DNA of 64,000 nucleotides from Geosiphon pyriformis uo1 (lineage: Eukaryota; Fungi; Glomeromycota). The stretch lies in NCBI GenBank assembly GCA_016748015.1, contig JAAOMT010000439.1:269527-333526 (forward strand), given 5' to 3'. The notes beneath the pieces were generated by a model. That model was not told the origin of the DNA, made no database searches, and worked only from the letters and a program-made list of their open reading frames with translations. Shown in pieces: positions 1 to 13,369 of this stretch (the stretch's first letter is position 1; each line of letters opens with the position of its first letter). The translations under genes were made by a program, and so were the position numbers.

Positions 1-1400
1 TTTTATTCTAAAATTATTTAAGTTTAATATTATTAATAATATTATTAAATTTTTTAGGCTAAATAAAACCAAAATAAAATAAGATCCAAATTACTGCTGT
101 TGTTTCTAATTTGGTGGCAAAATAATTTTTTTCTGTTGGCTTTAGTATTTTGCTAACATAAACAATTATTTTTTTATTGCTATTATTATTTAGTTAAAAT
201 AAGATGATACCAAAAACTATATTATTTAGTTAAGATAAGATAGTATCAAAGACTATATATAAAATATCTGTAATTAGTTAAAATTTTTTGTTAAAATCAA
301 GATAAGTTAAAATTAGTGCTGTTTTTAGCTTTTTATTAGGATTATTGAAAGTTTTTTGTTGTTTTGGAGTCTATTTGTATTTAATGTTTTTGTTGGTTAG
401 GTAATTTAATAGTTGGCGATTTTAAAAAAAAATTTAATAAATTTTTAATAACAGAATACTAATCTAATAAATTTTTTTAATTTAATAGTGTTTTATAAAA
501 CCTTAAAGTTTTTAATAATGATAATTTTTTTTGAATTAAGTTTAATTCTTTTTCTATTAACAATGTAATTTAAAAAAGCCAAATTAGTCTTTTTAAAATA
601 ATATTTTTTAATATTTAATTTTATTTCTGCTTTTTATAATTATTAAAAAACTTTTTGTAAATAAATTAAATAAGCTTCATATAAAAATAAATAGATATCA
701 ATATTATTTAAATAAATAATTACTAATTGTCATAAGAATTCAGTATAGACAATATCTATAAGTTTTTAAAATATTGCTAGTGTATTACATAATTCAAAAA
801 GTATTATATTAAACTTGTAAATTTTTTTTAAGTAATAAAAACTGTTTTAGAATAATTTTTGAAATCTATTGTAATTTATTAATATTTATTTTTCAGATCT
901 AATGTAAAAAAGTATTTTGACTTGTTAAAAGTATTTAGTATGTTATTAATTTATAATAAAAGATAAATATCTCCAATTATAATACTATTTAATTAACAGT
1001 AATTAACACAAAAATGTGATTTTCTTATTTTTTTTTTAATAAAAACTATTGATAAAACTATAAATTTATTAATGACTAAATAAATTATTATTAAATATGT
1101 ATTGAATTTTTTTTTAAATAAATTGGTGGCTTTTAAATAAAACTTGATATGCTTGTTTATATAGATTTGGTGTTAAACCAAATTAGTTTTTTCCAAATTA
1201 TTGTTATTTTTAATAAATATATCTGTATGTTTTGTAATTAATTCTTTGAATTGTTTTTGTTGTTGTAGTTTTAATTGTTTTATATTAATTCAAGATAATT
1301 TTTCAATAACAACATAATAGTTTTTGGTATTATGCATAAAAAAAAACAAAAATAAATTATAAAAATACAAAACAAAAAAAACATATAATATTAAAATAAC
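1..1400 (-). mobile_element. Highly eroded retroelement relic (probable 5' ORF region of a Gypsy-like element)
   Basis: Extremely AT-rich and almost CpG-free. It shows residual coding-like strand asymmetry and adjoins the repeated LTR-like segments at 1400-3120. No intact ORF remains. Confidence 0.35.
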
Positions 1401-3120
1401 TAATTAAAAATAGAAACAAAAAAAGATTTTCAAAAAATTTTAGATTTTTTAAAAAATCAGAAATTTTCAGAAAATTTAGTAAAAAAAAATAGGAATTTTA
1501 TGTAACAAAAAATATATTTATATATATTAATATTATTAAAAATAAGAAGAAACAGACAAGTTTTTAATGACTAATAGTTAATAATAAATATTTAGGAAAT
1601 ACTCTTTTCTTTAAAAGCTAGTTTTCTATATTTTGAAATAAAATTATTCAGATATTAAATAAAATTATTATTTTATTATTGTTATAAGTAATTATTTAGG
1701 ATGTTAAAATAAATAACAAACTTATAACTTAGTATTTAATAGCTAATTTGGTTAATATTATCTAAAAAAATTTCAAATTTGAAAGTTTTTAGTTAAGTTT
1801 TTTATATAATAAACAAAAAATTAATTTATAATTTTTTTCTGAATTTTTTTTTAATGTAAAAGCCAGTTTAATCTGGCAGTTGTATTCTTTTGATAAGCTA
1901 TTCTTTTTTTTGAATTTGTTACTTTTATTTACAGGTTTTTTACTAAACTATTCTTAATATTAATATCTTAATACTTAATTTCTTAATCAATTAATAAACA
2001 ACAACAAAAAACAAAAAATTAGTATCTTATTAATAGTCATAATTAAGAGCTATTATTCTAGTATAATTTAAGTATTAAATAATATTAGCATTAGTTATAA
2101 ATAGAATCAAGTAATAAAAAATTTAATTTGATAATATTGAATAATATTAGTATTGGTTACAAATAGAATTGAATAATAAAAAATTTAATTTAATAATAAT
2201 AATAACAAAAATTAAATAATAAAATAATAATTTTATTTAATATTTAGATAATTTTATTTCAAGATATAGAAAACTAACTTTTAAAGGAAAAAATATTTCC
2301 TAAATACTTATTGTTAACTATTAATTACTAAGAATTTGTTTTTTTCACCTAAATTTTGTTATATAAAATTTCTTGAAATTTTTTAATTTTTTTTGTAAGT
2401 TTTTTTGAAAATCTGGAATTCTGCAATTCTTGTTAAAAAAATTACTAAAATTTTGAAATTTTGCAATATTTTTTTAGTAAATTCTTGGAATTCTGAAATT
2501 CTGGAATTCTTTTTTTATTATGCTTATTTTTTATTGGTTACTTTATTTAATTATTTTTATTTTTATTTTGTATAAGTAATATTGTTCAACTTTTGTTATT
2601 ATTATTATTAAATTAAATTTCTTATTACTTGATTCTATTTGTAATTAATGCTAATAATATTTATTACTTAAATTGTACTAAAACAATAATTTTTGATTAT
2701 AACTATTGATAAGATACTAATTTTTTATTTTATTTTATTTAATTTTTATTTTTTTATTTTTTTTTTGCTTTTTTTGTTATTTATTGATTGATTAAGAAAT
2801 TAAGTACTAAGATATTAATATTAAAAATAGTCTGGTAAAAAATTCGTGAAACAAAAACAAAAATAAAAACTTAAAATAAAAAATAATTTATCAAAAAAGC
2901 ACAACTGTTAAATTAAACCAGCTTTCACACTAAAAAAAAAAATTTGAAAAAAAATCACAAATTGAATCTCTATTTATTATACAAAGAACTCAACTAAAAA
3001 AATTTTAAATCCAAAACTCTTTAGATAATATCAACCTAATTAGCTATTGAGTACCAAGTTATGAGTTTGTTATTTATTCTAACACCTCAAATAATCAGCT
3101 ATAATATCAGTAGTGAGAAT
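1400..3120. repeat. Imperfect inverted duplication of LTR-like/non-coding retroelement segments
   Basis: ~1680-2200 is the reverse complement of ~2580-3110 (e.g. TAATATCTTAATACTTAATTTCTTAATCAAT vs ATTGATTAAGAAATTAAGTACTAAGATATTA). ~1555-1675 is the reverse complement of ~2225-2340. ~1420-1510 matches ~2355-2510 inverted. Confidence 0.7.
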
Positions 3121-3900
3121 TAAATTAAATATTAAAAAAAGTGTTTAATTATTTCTGTAAAATTCGAAACTATTTGTAATAAATTTTGCTGAAAAATATT
3201 ACTATAAATAATTCCAATTTTTAAATGATTATCTAATATAATAAAATGGTTATTGGAATTGTAAAAGATGATATTGAATTTTTTAATTTCTTCAAATAAA
3301 TAAATATTTAAAATTGAAATTCCATATTTTTTGCAAATTTATTTATTAATTTGAAAATTTGTTAAGTAGTAATAAGTATTAAGCAAATATATACTTCACA
3401 AATTTTTTCAGAATAAAATGATAATTGTTTTTAATAATCTAAAAATCTGATAAGATTTGTTTTATATGTTGAAAGCTATATTTACTAGAACTGTAAATTG
3501 TTTAGTTGATCTAAAATTTTAAGTTTTTTTTTTTGTCAAGTTTTTTTTAATTTTTAACTGATTGCAAACTCGAAATATTAATTAAAAATAAATAAATAGC
3601 TTAGACAATTTTTTTAGCATGTTCAATCTTAAATGGCTTTTTGGTTTTATTTTAGAGCATTACTGTAATGTTTTTTGTATATTTTGTATTAATAATTTTT
3701 TTTTTGACATTGATTTTTTTGCTTGTCAATAATTAGAAAGTAATTTATACTATTGCTTTTGGTAAAATTTTGAGTGTAATTTTGAGATTGATTTTGGTTA
3801 AAAACTTTGGTTATAATGTTAAAATGTCTTTTTCTATATATTATAAGTTATATTTAGTATTAATTTCATAGGTTTTTTCCAGCTTGATTCCTTGTTTATT

Positions 3901-6219
3901 TTTTTATTTTTTTTTACATTTTAACAAAGTGTGCCCAAACACTATCTAATACACTGCGCCACTATGGGATTACAAATTAAATGTGTTTTACACTCTTTTT
4001 ACATGTGACCAATTACTCAAATCAGTCAAAGCACCAACTAAGCTAAAACAAAAGAAGCCGGAAGGAAACCCAGCTTACCAAGTCTCTCAATAATACCATT
4101 CAAATTTCTAGAATCAAAAATAAATTCATTAAAAAACAATCTAGTTTTTTCACTGCTATCTTTAACTTCAGGACTACACATTTACCACAAAGCAACTGCA
4201 TGGTCAACTGTGTCTTCACTCAATAGAGAAGCCTTGACAGCACCAATATCATTTTCATCAAGATTACTAAACTCTACCTCAGCCTTAAGACTGACAAAAT
4301 TTTTAAACACACCAATCAAAAGTTCAGCAAAGTCCTTGGAAGCATTACACATAGTCAGAAGATTTTTCTCAATCTTTAAAGTCTTGGCAGCATTGTCATT
4401 CAGAAGAGTAGTAACCAAAGTAACCAAAAAACCAATTGGCTCAATGACAGACTTAACCAAAGCAGTCAGATCCAGAATCTGTTTCTCCATAGAATTTAAC
4501 CTAAGCTTAATAGTAGAGTCAACAATAGAAGCAGCAGGAGATGCAGCAAGTGAAGAAGCCAGCAGATCAGAGGTCATCAAAGGAGGGAATCCAGAACCAC
4601 TTAGAGTGGCAAAAGCTTTAGCATAAGAAACATTACTCACAAAATGAGAATTGAACACTTTAAGAGTCTTGAGAGAAAAAGGCAAAGACATTTTACAGTC
4701 AACAGCCAGATGGCCAGTTTCTTGGCACCTAAAACAGCACTTACAACCAGGAGTTTCTTACCAAATATGGCACTTTCTCAGTATATCAGTTTTAATAACA
4801 GCAAAATTCAATTCAGCTTGAAAGCCAAATGTGACCAAAACAAAGTGGAAACAACAATTAAAATTAGGAGACTGAAGAATAAAACAAGTCTGATCACCAA
4901 CTTGAGAAATCATATCACTGATTTCAAAGGCAGTGCAGCCAGGAAGAAAGTTGACCAACTTGGCCTTAAACCTATTATGAGACACAATTGCTTTTTGTTG
5001 ATTTACAAAAAGAAGAATCTGAACACTGTCTTTGCCCACCAAAACTGACTAGTAATTAAGGGCAGATGTAACAGCAACTAAATTCTCAAAATGAACCACC
5101 ACATATTGCCAAATGTCAGCAGGCTTCAGCATAACATGAGTAACCACACCAAAAACATTGAGAGCTGTCTTAATGTCAGCAGCAAATACACCTAAGAGCA
5201 CATCACACAGCACAACAGCAACAAAAGGGGAACCAGACTCAGAAACCACCAAAGACTTGGGAATTTTGAGAGTGGCCAAATGTACAGAGCTTGTAAACTC
5301 AACCAAAAATGCAGCTTCCAAAGAAACTTGAAAAGCAAACTCTACACAAAACAACTTCATATTGTCTTTTAATACTGACTTTGTACCCAAGAAACTATGT
5401 ACTGACTAAAAAACAGTCTTAACATGAGCCAATTTGATCTTAAAAGTAGCATTAGGCACCAGAGTGGAGGCCACTCACCCAGCAAACCTTTGATGACTAG
5501 TAATAGTTTCCCAAGCACCACTAGAAGTAGCACCAGAAACTAGAGAAGGAGATGATTCAGTTTCCATTTAATCAGCTCAGTTCTCAAGAACAAGTGACCC
5601 AACAGAAGGAGATTGCTTTAATTTCAAAACTGGTGATAATTTACCAAAAGACACCACATTTGGCAACACAGCCAGTGGTTGATTTTGGCCCATCTTGGAT
5701 GACGTGTTGGATGATGCTATAAAAATCTCATTTAAGATCTTATTGAGAACCACAAAGGGGTTTGGTGTAACAATAGCAGAGACAAGTGACTGTCCCTACT
5801 TTTCTGAACTTTTGGTTTTTTTGACCATTTTTCTTGAAGAGGTGGTGCTAGAAGCACCAAGTGTTGAATCTATAGAAAAGAAGACCAGCTTATTTACTGG
5901 TTTATTATTAAAAACTTTTGGGCTCTTAGTCAGAGTGAAGACAATACTGGAACTAACCCAAGTGTGTCTCTTTAAAGGAACTTTAACTGGTGAGAAACCA
6001 GTCAAAGATGAAAAAGTTGCTCCAGTGGCTACCAAAGACAGCTTATTACGATTACTGGGTAAGGGAAAGGCTTTTAAAATGTTCTGCCTAATTGCTTCTA
6101 CAACAGAAAGAGCTTCTCTGGTTGAAATTTTATTAGATATCTCAAGACAGATATTAGATGCAGCCTTTTTACTCTTTGCTCTGGTTGTGGTCATAAAATT
6201 AAGAAAACAAAGAGTTTTC
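3901..6219 (-). mobile_element. Complete ORF1-only non-autonomous non-LTR retroelement, copy 1
   Basis: 11-bp TSD CCTTGTTTATT at 3890-3900 and 6220-6230. Poly(A) tail (T-run from 3901). LINE-type 3' tail at ~3920-4035. 5' end is identical to copy 2 (ACTCTTTGTTTTCTTAATTTTATGACC). Confidence 0.9.
4038..6194 (-). pseudogene. LINE ORF1-like nucleic-acid-binding protein (718 aa; RRM-like core, CCHC knuckle, helical C-terminus) with in-frame stops
   Basis: Track ORFs 5796-6194, 5049-5390, 4758-5042 and 4182-4691 are all in one frame (719 codons to TAG at 4038-4040). It contains CFRCQETGHLAVDC (CX2CX4HX4C). The core aligns by eye with ORF1 of the LINE at 41358 (WSVLVGKDSV vs WSILIGKDAV). Confidence 0.85.
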
Positions 6220-7256
6220 CCTTGTTTATTATTGTTAAAGTATTTGAGAAATAAAGTAAATTGATTTTTAATAAAATAAATTAGAATTATTGGAGTCTTT
6301 TTTTAAATTTTTTTAAATTTAATTTCTTTCTAATTATTTTTTATAGATAATAATATACTAAAAACATAATATTTGAAACATTATATGTTATTACAAGACA
6401 AAATACATTTTTTACAAAGCTAAATGTTTATTTGATTTAATTATTAAAATTGGATTTTTTTAAAAAAAAAATATAACTAAAAATTAAATAGTAAAGTTTA
6501 ACTTTATTTTTATAGTCAAATTTAGTTAATTCTATTATATATTTAATATATTCTGCTTTTTTTATTTGATAAACATTTTTTTTTTTATTAATCAGAACTA
6601 TAACAAGTTTATAAATTATTTTGGTATTATGTAGATAATAATACAGTTTGTTTAAAGTATTATTGTATACTATAGTAAAAAGTGTTTTATTTTTTATTTT
6701 TTTTGAAATAAAAAAAGCATATTAACAAATTTAATTATATACTTCTTCTCTTATTACAATATCAATTCAGTTGTATTTTTTAGGCAGTAATTTTTTATAT
6801 ATGAAACAAAATATATTGTTTTATTTTTTATTTTGTTTTGAATTTTCAAATTATTATTATTATAAGTAAATTTAGTAGAATAAAATTATAACTTTTGGTG
6901 CTTATAATTTAATATTAGAAGCTAATTGAGTATAAATATAGTAATTGTTCTGATTATATTAGTTATTAGTCTTTGAAAGCTTTTTTGTTTAAAGTTACAT
7001 CTGCTGAGTTCTTTTGTTATAAGACACAAAGTTTTGGTTTTTTAATTATGTTGTTATAGTTGTATTTTTTTTCAAATTAATAAACATAGTTACTAAAATC
7101 TAATATTATCTTTTTGCTTTTTTAGTAAATTAACAAGATAAAGTTAACATTTAAATTTAAAAGATTTTTTCTTTTTTATTTAATTATTACAAAATATATT
7201 TTTAAATAGTTAATTTTCAATGTTGCTGCTTTACAAAAAAAATAATAATAATTAAG

Positions 7257-7302
7257 ATAAAATAAAATAAAATAAAATAAAATAAAATAAAATAAAATAA
7301 AA
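7257..7302 (+). repeat. (TAAAA)n microsatellite
   Basis: About nine tandem ATAAA units are directly visible. Confidence 0.85.
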
Positions 7303-8299
7303 AAATTAATATCATCAATTACTGTAATTAAGAAAAATTAGTCTTAGTTATTAGAATTTTAAAGTAGTTTATACTAATAATATTTGGCCTAAAGTAAAAG
7401 TAACAAAAGCAATTAATTTAATTTTGACAATTAGAATATTGGAATTATGTACAGATAATTTAAAATAAGAAAATTTTTATTGAATTAGTACACAAATATA
7501 TATATAATAAAGTTGATTTTTAGGCTAAAATTAAAATATTTAAAAAGGAGATATTTTTTGTTCTTTTTTTGCTTGTTTTTTTTTCTATTTATTAAAACTA
7601 CTTATTTTTATAAATATTTTCTAGTTCTATAAGATTGTTTTTAATTGTTTGTTTTTATTAGCTATTATTTACTATTTTTATTGTGTTTTATTTTTTTAAA
7701 CTATAATTAGTTATTTTATATTATAACTAATTATTATGTGTTATTTCATGTTATTGTAAATTATTTTAAATTATTTCATATTATTTTATATTGTTTTGTG
7801 TTATTATGTTTTTTCTATATTATTACATATTAATTACGTTTCTTTAATAGTTTTGAATTGGTTTTTTTATTTAAATAATATTATAATTCTCTTTTAGAAT
7901 TAAGCTCTTATAAAACTATATATATTTTTAAAAATTGTTTTTTTAGTATAATATTTAATTATTATGTTAAATATTGCTTTTTTTAGTTTTTCAAACTAGA
8001 AATTTGTTATTTGTTTTATGTTGTTAATAATATGACTAAACAGTATTTAAATATTGAATATAGTTAATATGTTATTTTATAGTATAATATTAAATTGTTT
8101 TTTTTAACAAATTTTTTTACTTGTTTAAAAATTTTTCTGTTGAATATTTATTTGTTAATGTTTAAATATAATGTTTGTAGATTTAATTTTTTATTAATTT
8201 TAAAAAACCAGTATGTTAATAAAAATTTTTTTTTCTATTATTATAAATAGAATTTTAATTAATAATTAACATAAAATTACTCTTATAATTTTTATTATT

Positions 8300-11200
8300 A
8301 ATTAGCATATATTATTATTATTTCAATTATTATTTATTATTTAATTATATTATTTAATATTATTTTCTAATTAATAATTCAATTTATATAATACATAAAT
8401 ATAATGATTAAATTATGTAATACTCTAAACTTTGTAATATTCAAAAATTTGCTAAATATTTTAATAGTATACTGAAATAATTTATAATTTATGGAAACAA
8501 CTTATAGTTTATTAAAATATATTTTTAATTTATTAAAATTATAATAAAAAAAAATTTAAGTTTATAAACTAGTATTACAATAAATTGTATAAAAAAAGAG
8601 TTTTTTTCTTTGAGAAAATACATTTTACTAAGATATTATAATTTTTATTAAAATTATTATATTCAAAATTAATAAAAAAATCAAATACTTTAAAAAACCA
8701 AAAATTTTATTATTATTTTTTTTTTATTTTTTTATTTTAACGAGTGAGGTCCAAACACTGCTTAGTTCTATATATTAAAGAAATGATCTATACTAAGTGT
8801 GAATCATGCTTTTTATATACATGATCAGCCACTCAGGCTGATCAGAACAATATTATACAGCTATACAAACTAAAACTGAATTACCTATTCCAGAAAAAAC
8901 AAACAAGACTTGTGAAAGCCAAAATATATGCCAAAAGTCTCAGCTATGCCAAGCAATCTAACCACATTTTTATTATTATTATACTAAAATTTAAAAACTC
9001 AATTAATATTTTAAAATTAATTAGCTACTAATTTCAATAATTTATTAGTAATTCCAAGTTTAAACAAAAAACTATTCTTTTAATAAAATCCTATTTTTTT
9101 TATGTTTTTTTTATTTGTTTTTTTTTCTTATTATAATTATTAAAATAGTCTACAAACAAAATTTCTGTAAAAAAGTTGACTTTTATAGCAAAGTAATTAC
9201 ATATTTTTAGTAAGTTTTCAAATAACCAATTCCTAAAAAAGAGTTAACTTTACTGCAAAGTAATTATATAATATAATTGGTACAGAATTAGCCATTCTAT
9301 TTATAAATTTAAGAGTTCAAATTATTTTCTATAATTTGAAGATAAATTTAGTTATCAAAGATTTAACAGCTTTTAATATTTAGAAATTACTAGCAAAACA
9401 ACATTAACAATATTCAAAAAAAACCCAAAAACTTTTGGTAATATTTGGTGCTTTTTTATAAAAATAATATATCAACAACACTTTAAAGTAATGATTATAT
9501 CTAATACAATAACTTTAAAGTATTATTAGTCAATTTACACTTATTAGAAACAATAATTTAACATAATAAATAGAATTGAAGCTTTTAAAAAGACACTTTA
9601 CTAATATATCAAAAATTAAATTAACAATTATTTGTTTAAAAACTTTAGTATTTTAAAAGTAAACACAATCTTTACAAAAATTTATTATACTATTTTCATT
9701 TAGGAATAAAAAACACAATACTTAATACTTACTTTTAGAAACTTAACTACAATATTATTTAATATTGTAAAACCAGATATTTAATACAACAACAGCTTTT
9801 TTTTGACTTAGAATTAAAACTTAAAACAAGTAATAAAAGCAAACAAAAACAGAAACAAAATTCAAAAACCAGCTTTACAACTTTTAATATACCAAAAGTA
9901 ATTACCAAATATTTATAAACACCTAAACAAAAAATTAATATTAAATTACCACTTTTAATTATATTTTTTCCAGTTTCTTTAATTTAGACACAAATACCAA
10001 ATTTACTATTTACTTATTTTTCAAGATTAGAAAATTTTATATTATCAAAAAGTCTTATTTAACAACCAAAACCAATATTTACCAATACTAATCTTCTTAA
10101 TTACTTAGCAAAAAACCAAAATAATCAGTCCAAAAACTTAGATAACAAAGAAAATATTTCTAAATTTACTAAAAAAAAACTGCCAAAAACAAAAACACTA
10201 AAGAAATAGCAATTGTTTATATTGCAAAAATTCTCAAATTTATTGGTAAAAATACTAATATTAATTTTTATGAATAACTTAACAAAGTCTCAAAAACAGA
10301 AGATAAAAATAAATAAAATATAGCAAAAATACTCAAAGCTATTTTTTATTTTCTTTAGAAAATAGCTGAAAAATAGTTTAAAAACTTGAATAGTTTTTTT
10401 AAAAGCTAGTAAGCATTTAAAAATACTTTTTTAAGCAGTTTATCGACAATAATACTTCTATCATTTTTTAAAATTAATTCCAAAATATTAAACAAAAACT
10501 TTTAGAATTTATTATAACATATTTTAGAAAATTTAACAAACTTTTTAAAAAGATTTGTCAATTAGAAACTAACAAATACTATTTCAATGCTTAAATTTAG
10601 ATCAATTTATTACTAAATTAAAGGACAAACTAATAAAAAAAAACTGTTTACATACACTAAAAGAATTAGTTATTACTATTTAATATACTAAAGTCTATAA
10701 AATAACTATAGAAAAAGCTAACTATACTAAATTTGTTAATCTTGCAATTAGAAAAACCAACTCAACAGCTGAGAAAAAAATTAATCAATTAACCAAGAAG
10801 ATTAAAAACTACTTTATTAATTAATAGCAGTAACAACAGAAATATTAACTACTATAATAATAAAATTAAAACAGTTTTGTTTTATTATTCAATAGCCAAT
10901 CTCAGAATTGTCACTATTATAAAATTTTAGAACATTAGAAATAAGATTGCCAAAAAATGCAATAAAACTAACAATTAAAGAATAACTAATATTATTTTCA
11001 ACTACAATAATTTTATTATTAACTTTAATTATTAGCTTATTATTCTTTAAGATTCTAATATCAGAACAATTATTATTAATTTGCTTTACAGCTAATCTAA
11101 CAACAGTTTTAACAACTACCATCTACCCAATAATATTAAGTATTTACAAGAAAATTGGTTTAACAAAATAATTTTTACTTTAGAACTAATTTACAATTAA

Positions 11201-13360
11201 TAACAACAGAATTAATATCAACAATTAATTGGTTTTTTAAAACAATTTACAACAAAAACCTATATATTACTACATTTAATTTAATTACTTAACAATACCA
11301 AAAAAATCGAATTTTCAACAAACTGTACTTTCTAAAAATAAAGCTACAGTATTAAAACAAAACTCTTCTAATAATACAATTTTATTAGCAAAAATTGCTA
11401 AAAATACCAATTTTTTTAATATTTTTTCTTTTGAATTTAAAGCAAATAAATTACTATTTTTATTTAGCAATATAGTAGTTATAAAACAAAAAGTAATTAC
11501 AGCCATATATGCAGAAACTAAGATAAAAAAAAATAAATTTGTTTAATTTTGAATAATAAATTAATAAAAAGTATTATTGTCTATTAGTTAATATAACAAC
11601 TTTAACAAAATATTAATTGATCAACTCAAACAGTTATTGTTATAGCTAATAACATAAAAAAAACATCAGTAAAAAAATTGACAATTTCTTATTTATAATT
11701 AATAGAATTACTATTTTAGTTAAAGTACTAATTATATATGTACTTTAATATTAAGCTCTGATTAACAATTATTAATTCCTTAAAGCCAATACAAACTTAG
11801 ATAAAAAACCCAAAAATTAAAAATTTTATATCAAAAACAAAATACTAAAATATTTGTTACTTGTAATATATTTAACAAATAATTAGAAAAAGCTTTTGTG
11901 TTCAAATTTTAAAAAAAAAAAGAGAAACCAATTATTAAAACTTATATAACTTTTGGATCAATATCTAATTGAACTGAAAAAACTGAACAGCTATTTGAAA
12001 CATTTATATTACAATTAACAATATTATGGTCTAAAAAAACTAGTTAACAGTCTATTTTCACAATTGAACCAATTAACAATTGATATATTTTATATTTAAA
12101 ATTGGAATTAAAAAAACAACAACTCTATATTTTACTTAAATGCAAAGATTACAACAAAAAGTTTTTATCTATAAAAGCTTGCATATTATTAAAAAAAATA
12201 TGAAATTCATATCTGCTATTATTATAAAGCTTGTTATTAAAAACAATTTGGTAGTCCAAAATAAAACAGAAAATAAGACAACATATTTTGTTTTATATAT
12301 AAAAAATTACTACCAAAAAAATACAACTGAATTAATATTGTAATAAAAAACAAAGTATGTAATTAAATATGTTAATATGTCTTATTAATTACCAAAAAAG
12401 TTAAAAAAAAAACTTTATTTAATACACCATATAACAGCACTCTTAATAAACTATATTATTATTTTCATAATACTGAAATAATTTATAACTTAATCATAAT
12501 TCTAATTAATAAAGAGATTCCAAAAAAAATTCATTTAATAAAAAAAGCTAAATAAATTGAATATATATTTGAAATTGCTGAATATAATTATAAAAATAAA
12601 ATAGAAGTATATTATTAAATTATTAGTCATATTTATTTTTCTAAAGAAATTTAAATTTAATAATTAAAGCAAATAAATATTTAATTGTATAAAGAATATG
12701 TTATGTTTTGTAATAACCAATAATGTTTAGAATACTATGTTTTTGACATATTATCATTTACTAAGAACAATAAATATAAAATCAAATTTGGAGAATTTGG
12801 ATTAAAAAAAAATTACCAATAATACCAATTTACTTATTCAAAAATTAATTAACATTATAGTTAAAATACTTTGATAATAATAATTAAAAAATTAAACCAA
12901 AAAAAGCCCACAAAGTTTGGTTTTCTAATTAAAATTATTTACAAAAATCTTAAAAATTGTTTTCAAAATTCTACCAAAAGCAATAGTACAAATTGCTTTT
13001 TAATTATTATTAGCAAGCAAAAAAATCAACATTAGAAAAAAAGTTATTAATACAGAATAAACCAAAGATATTACAATCATGCTACAGAATAAAACTAAAA
13101 AATTATTTAAAATTGAACATACTAAAAAGATTGTTTAGGCTATTTACTTACTTCTAATCAATATTTCGAATTTATAATCAGTTAATTAAAGAGAACAATT
13201 AAGCAAAAATAACAAAAAAATTTAAGATTTTGGTTTAACTAAATGATTTATGGTTCCAGTAAATATAGCTTTTAATATACAGAATAAATCTTATTAAATT
13301 TTTCGACTTCTCTAACCAATTACTATTTAACTATTTAAAAAATATCATAAAATTTATACT
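8300..13360 (+). mobile_element. Eroded Gypsy-like relic: gag - aspartic protease - dUTPase
   Basis: Gag-like relic at ~10200-10830 (AIVYIAKILKFIGKNTNINFYE*LNKVSK...; LVNLAIRKTNSTAEKKINQLTKKIKNYFIN). Protease-like relic at ~11490-11800 (ITAIYAETK..., eroded LILDSGS region). dUTPase relic at ~12860-13260. Many stops. Confidence 0.6.
8718..8967 (-). mobile_element. 5'-truncated LINE fragment (ORF2 C-terminus + 3' tail + poly(A))
   Basis: Minus strand encodes VVRLLGIAE.FGIYFGFHKSC..., matching the ORF2 end at 47720-47836. Flanked by a 13-bp TSD TTTTATTATTATT (8705-8717, 8968-8980). Confidence 0.85.
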
Positions 13361-13369
13361 TGTCTAAAA

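Larger units (their letters stand above)
3130..8280 (-). mobile_element. Eroded Gypsy-like LTR retrotransposon relic with a dUTPase domain, interrupted by the insertion at 3901-6219
   Basis: Joining 6250->6231 to 3900->3480 reads KYFNNNKQGIKLEKTYEINTKYNL*...ITF*LLTSKKINVKKKIINTKYTKNITVML*...KKIV*AIY. This is a G>A/C>T-eroded trimeric dUTPase (motifs AGYDL, RSS, GGIIDAGYTG, EKIAQ). It is the inverted homologue of 12860-13300. Confidence 0.6.

Noticed and set aside
4210-6264. Plus-strand ORFs (138, 134, 189 aa) and the equivalent minus-strand ORFs at 38445-40547
   Set aside because: Antisense shadows of the ORF1-like frame with no motifs of their own.
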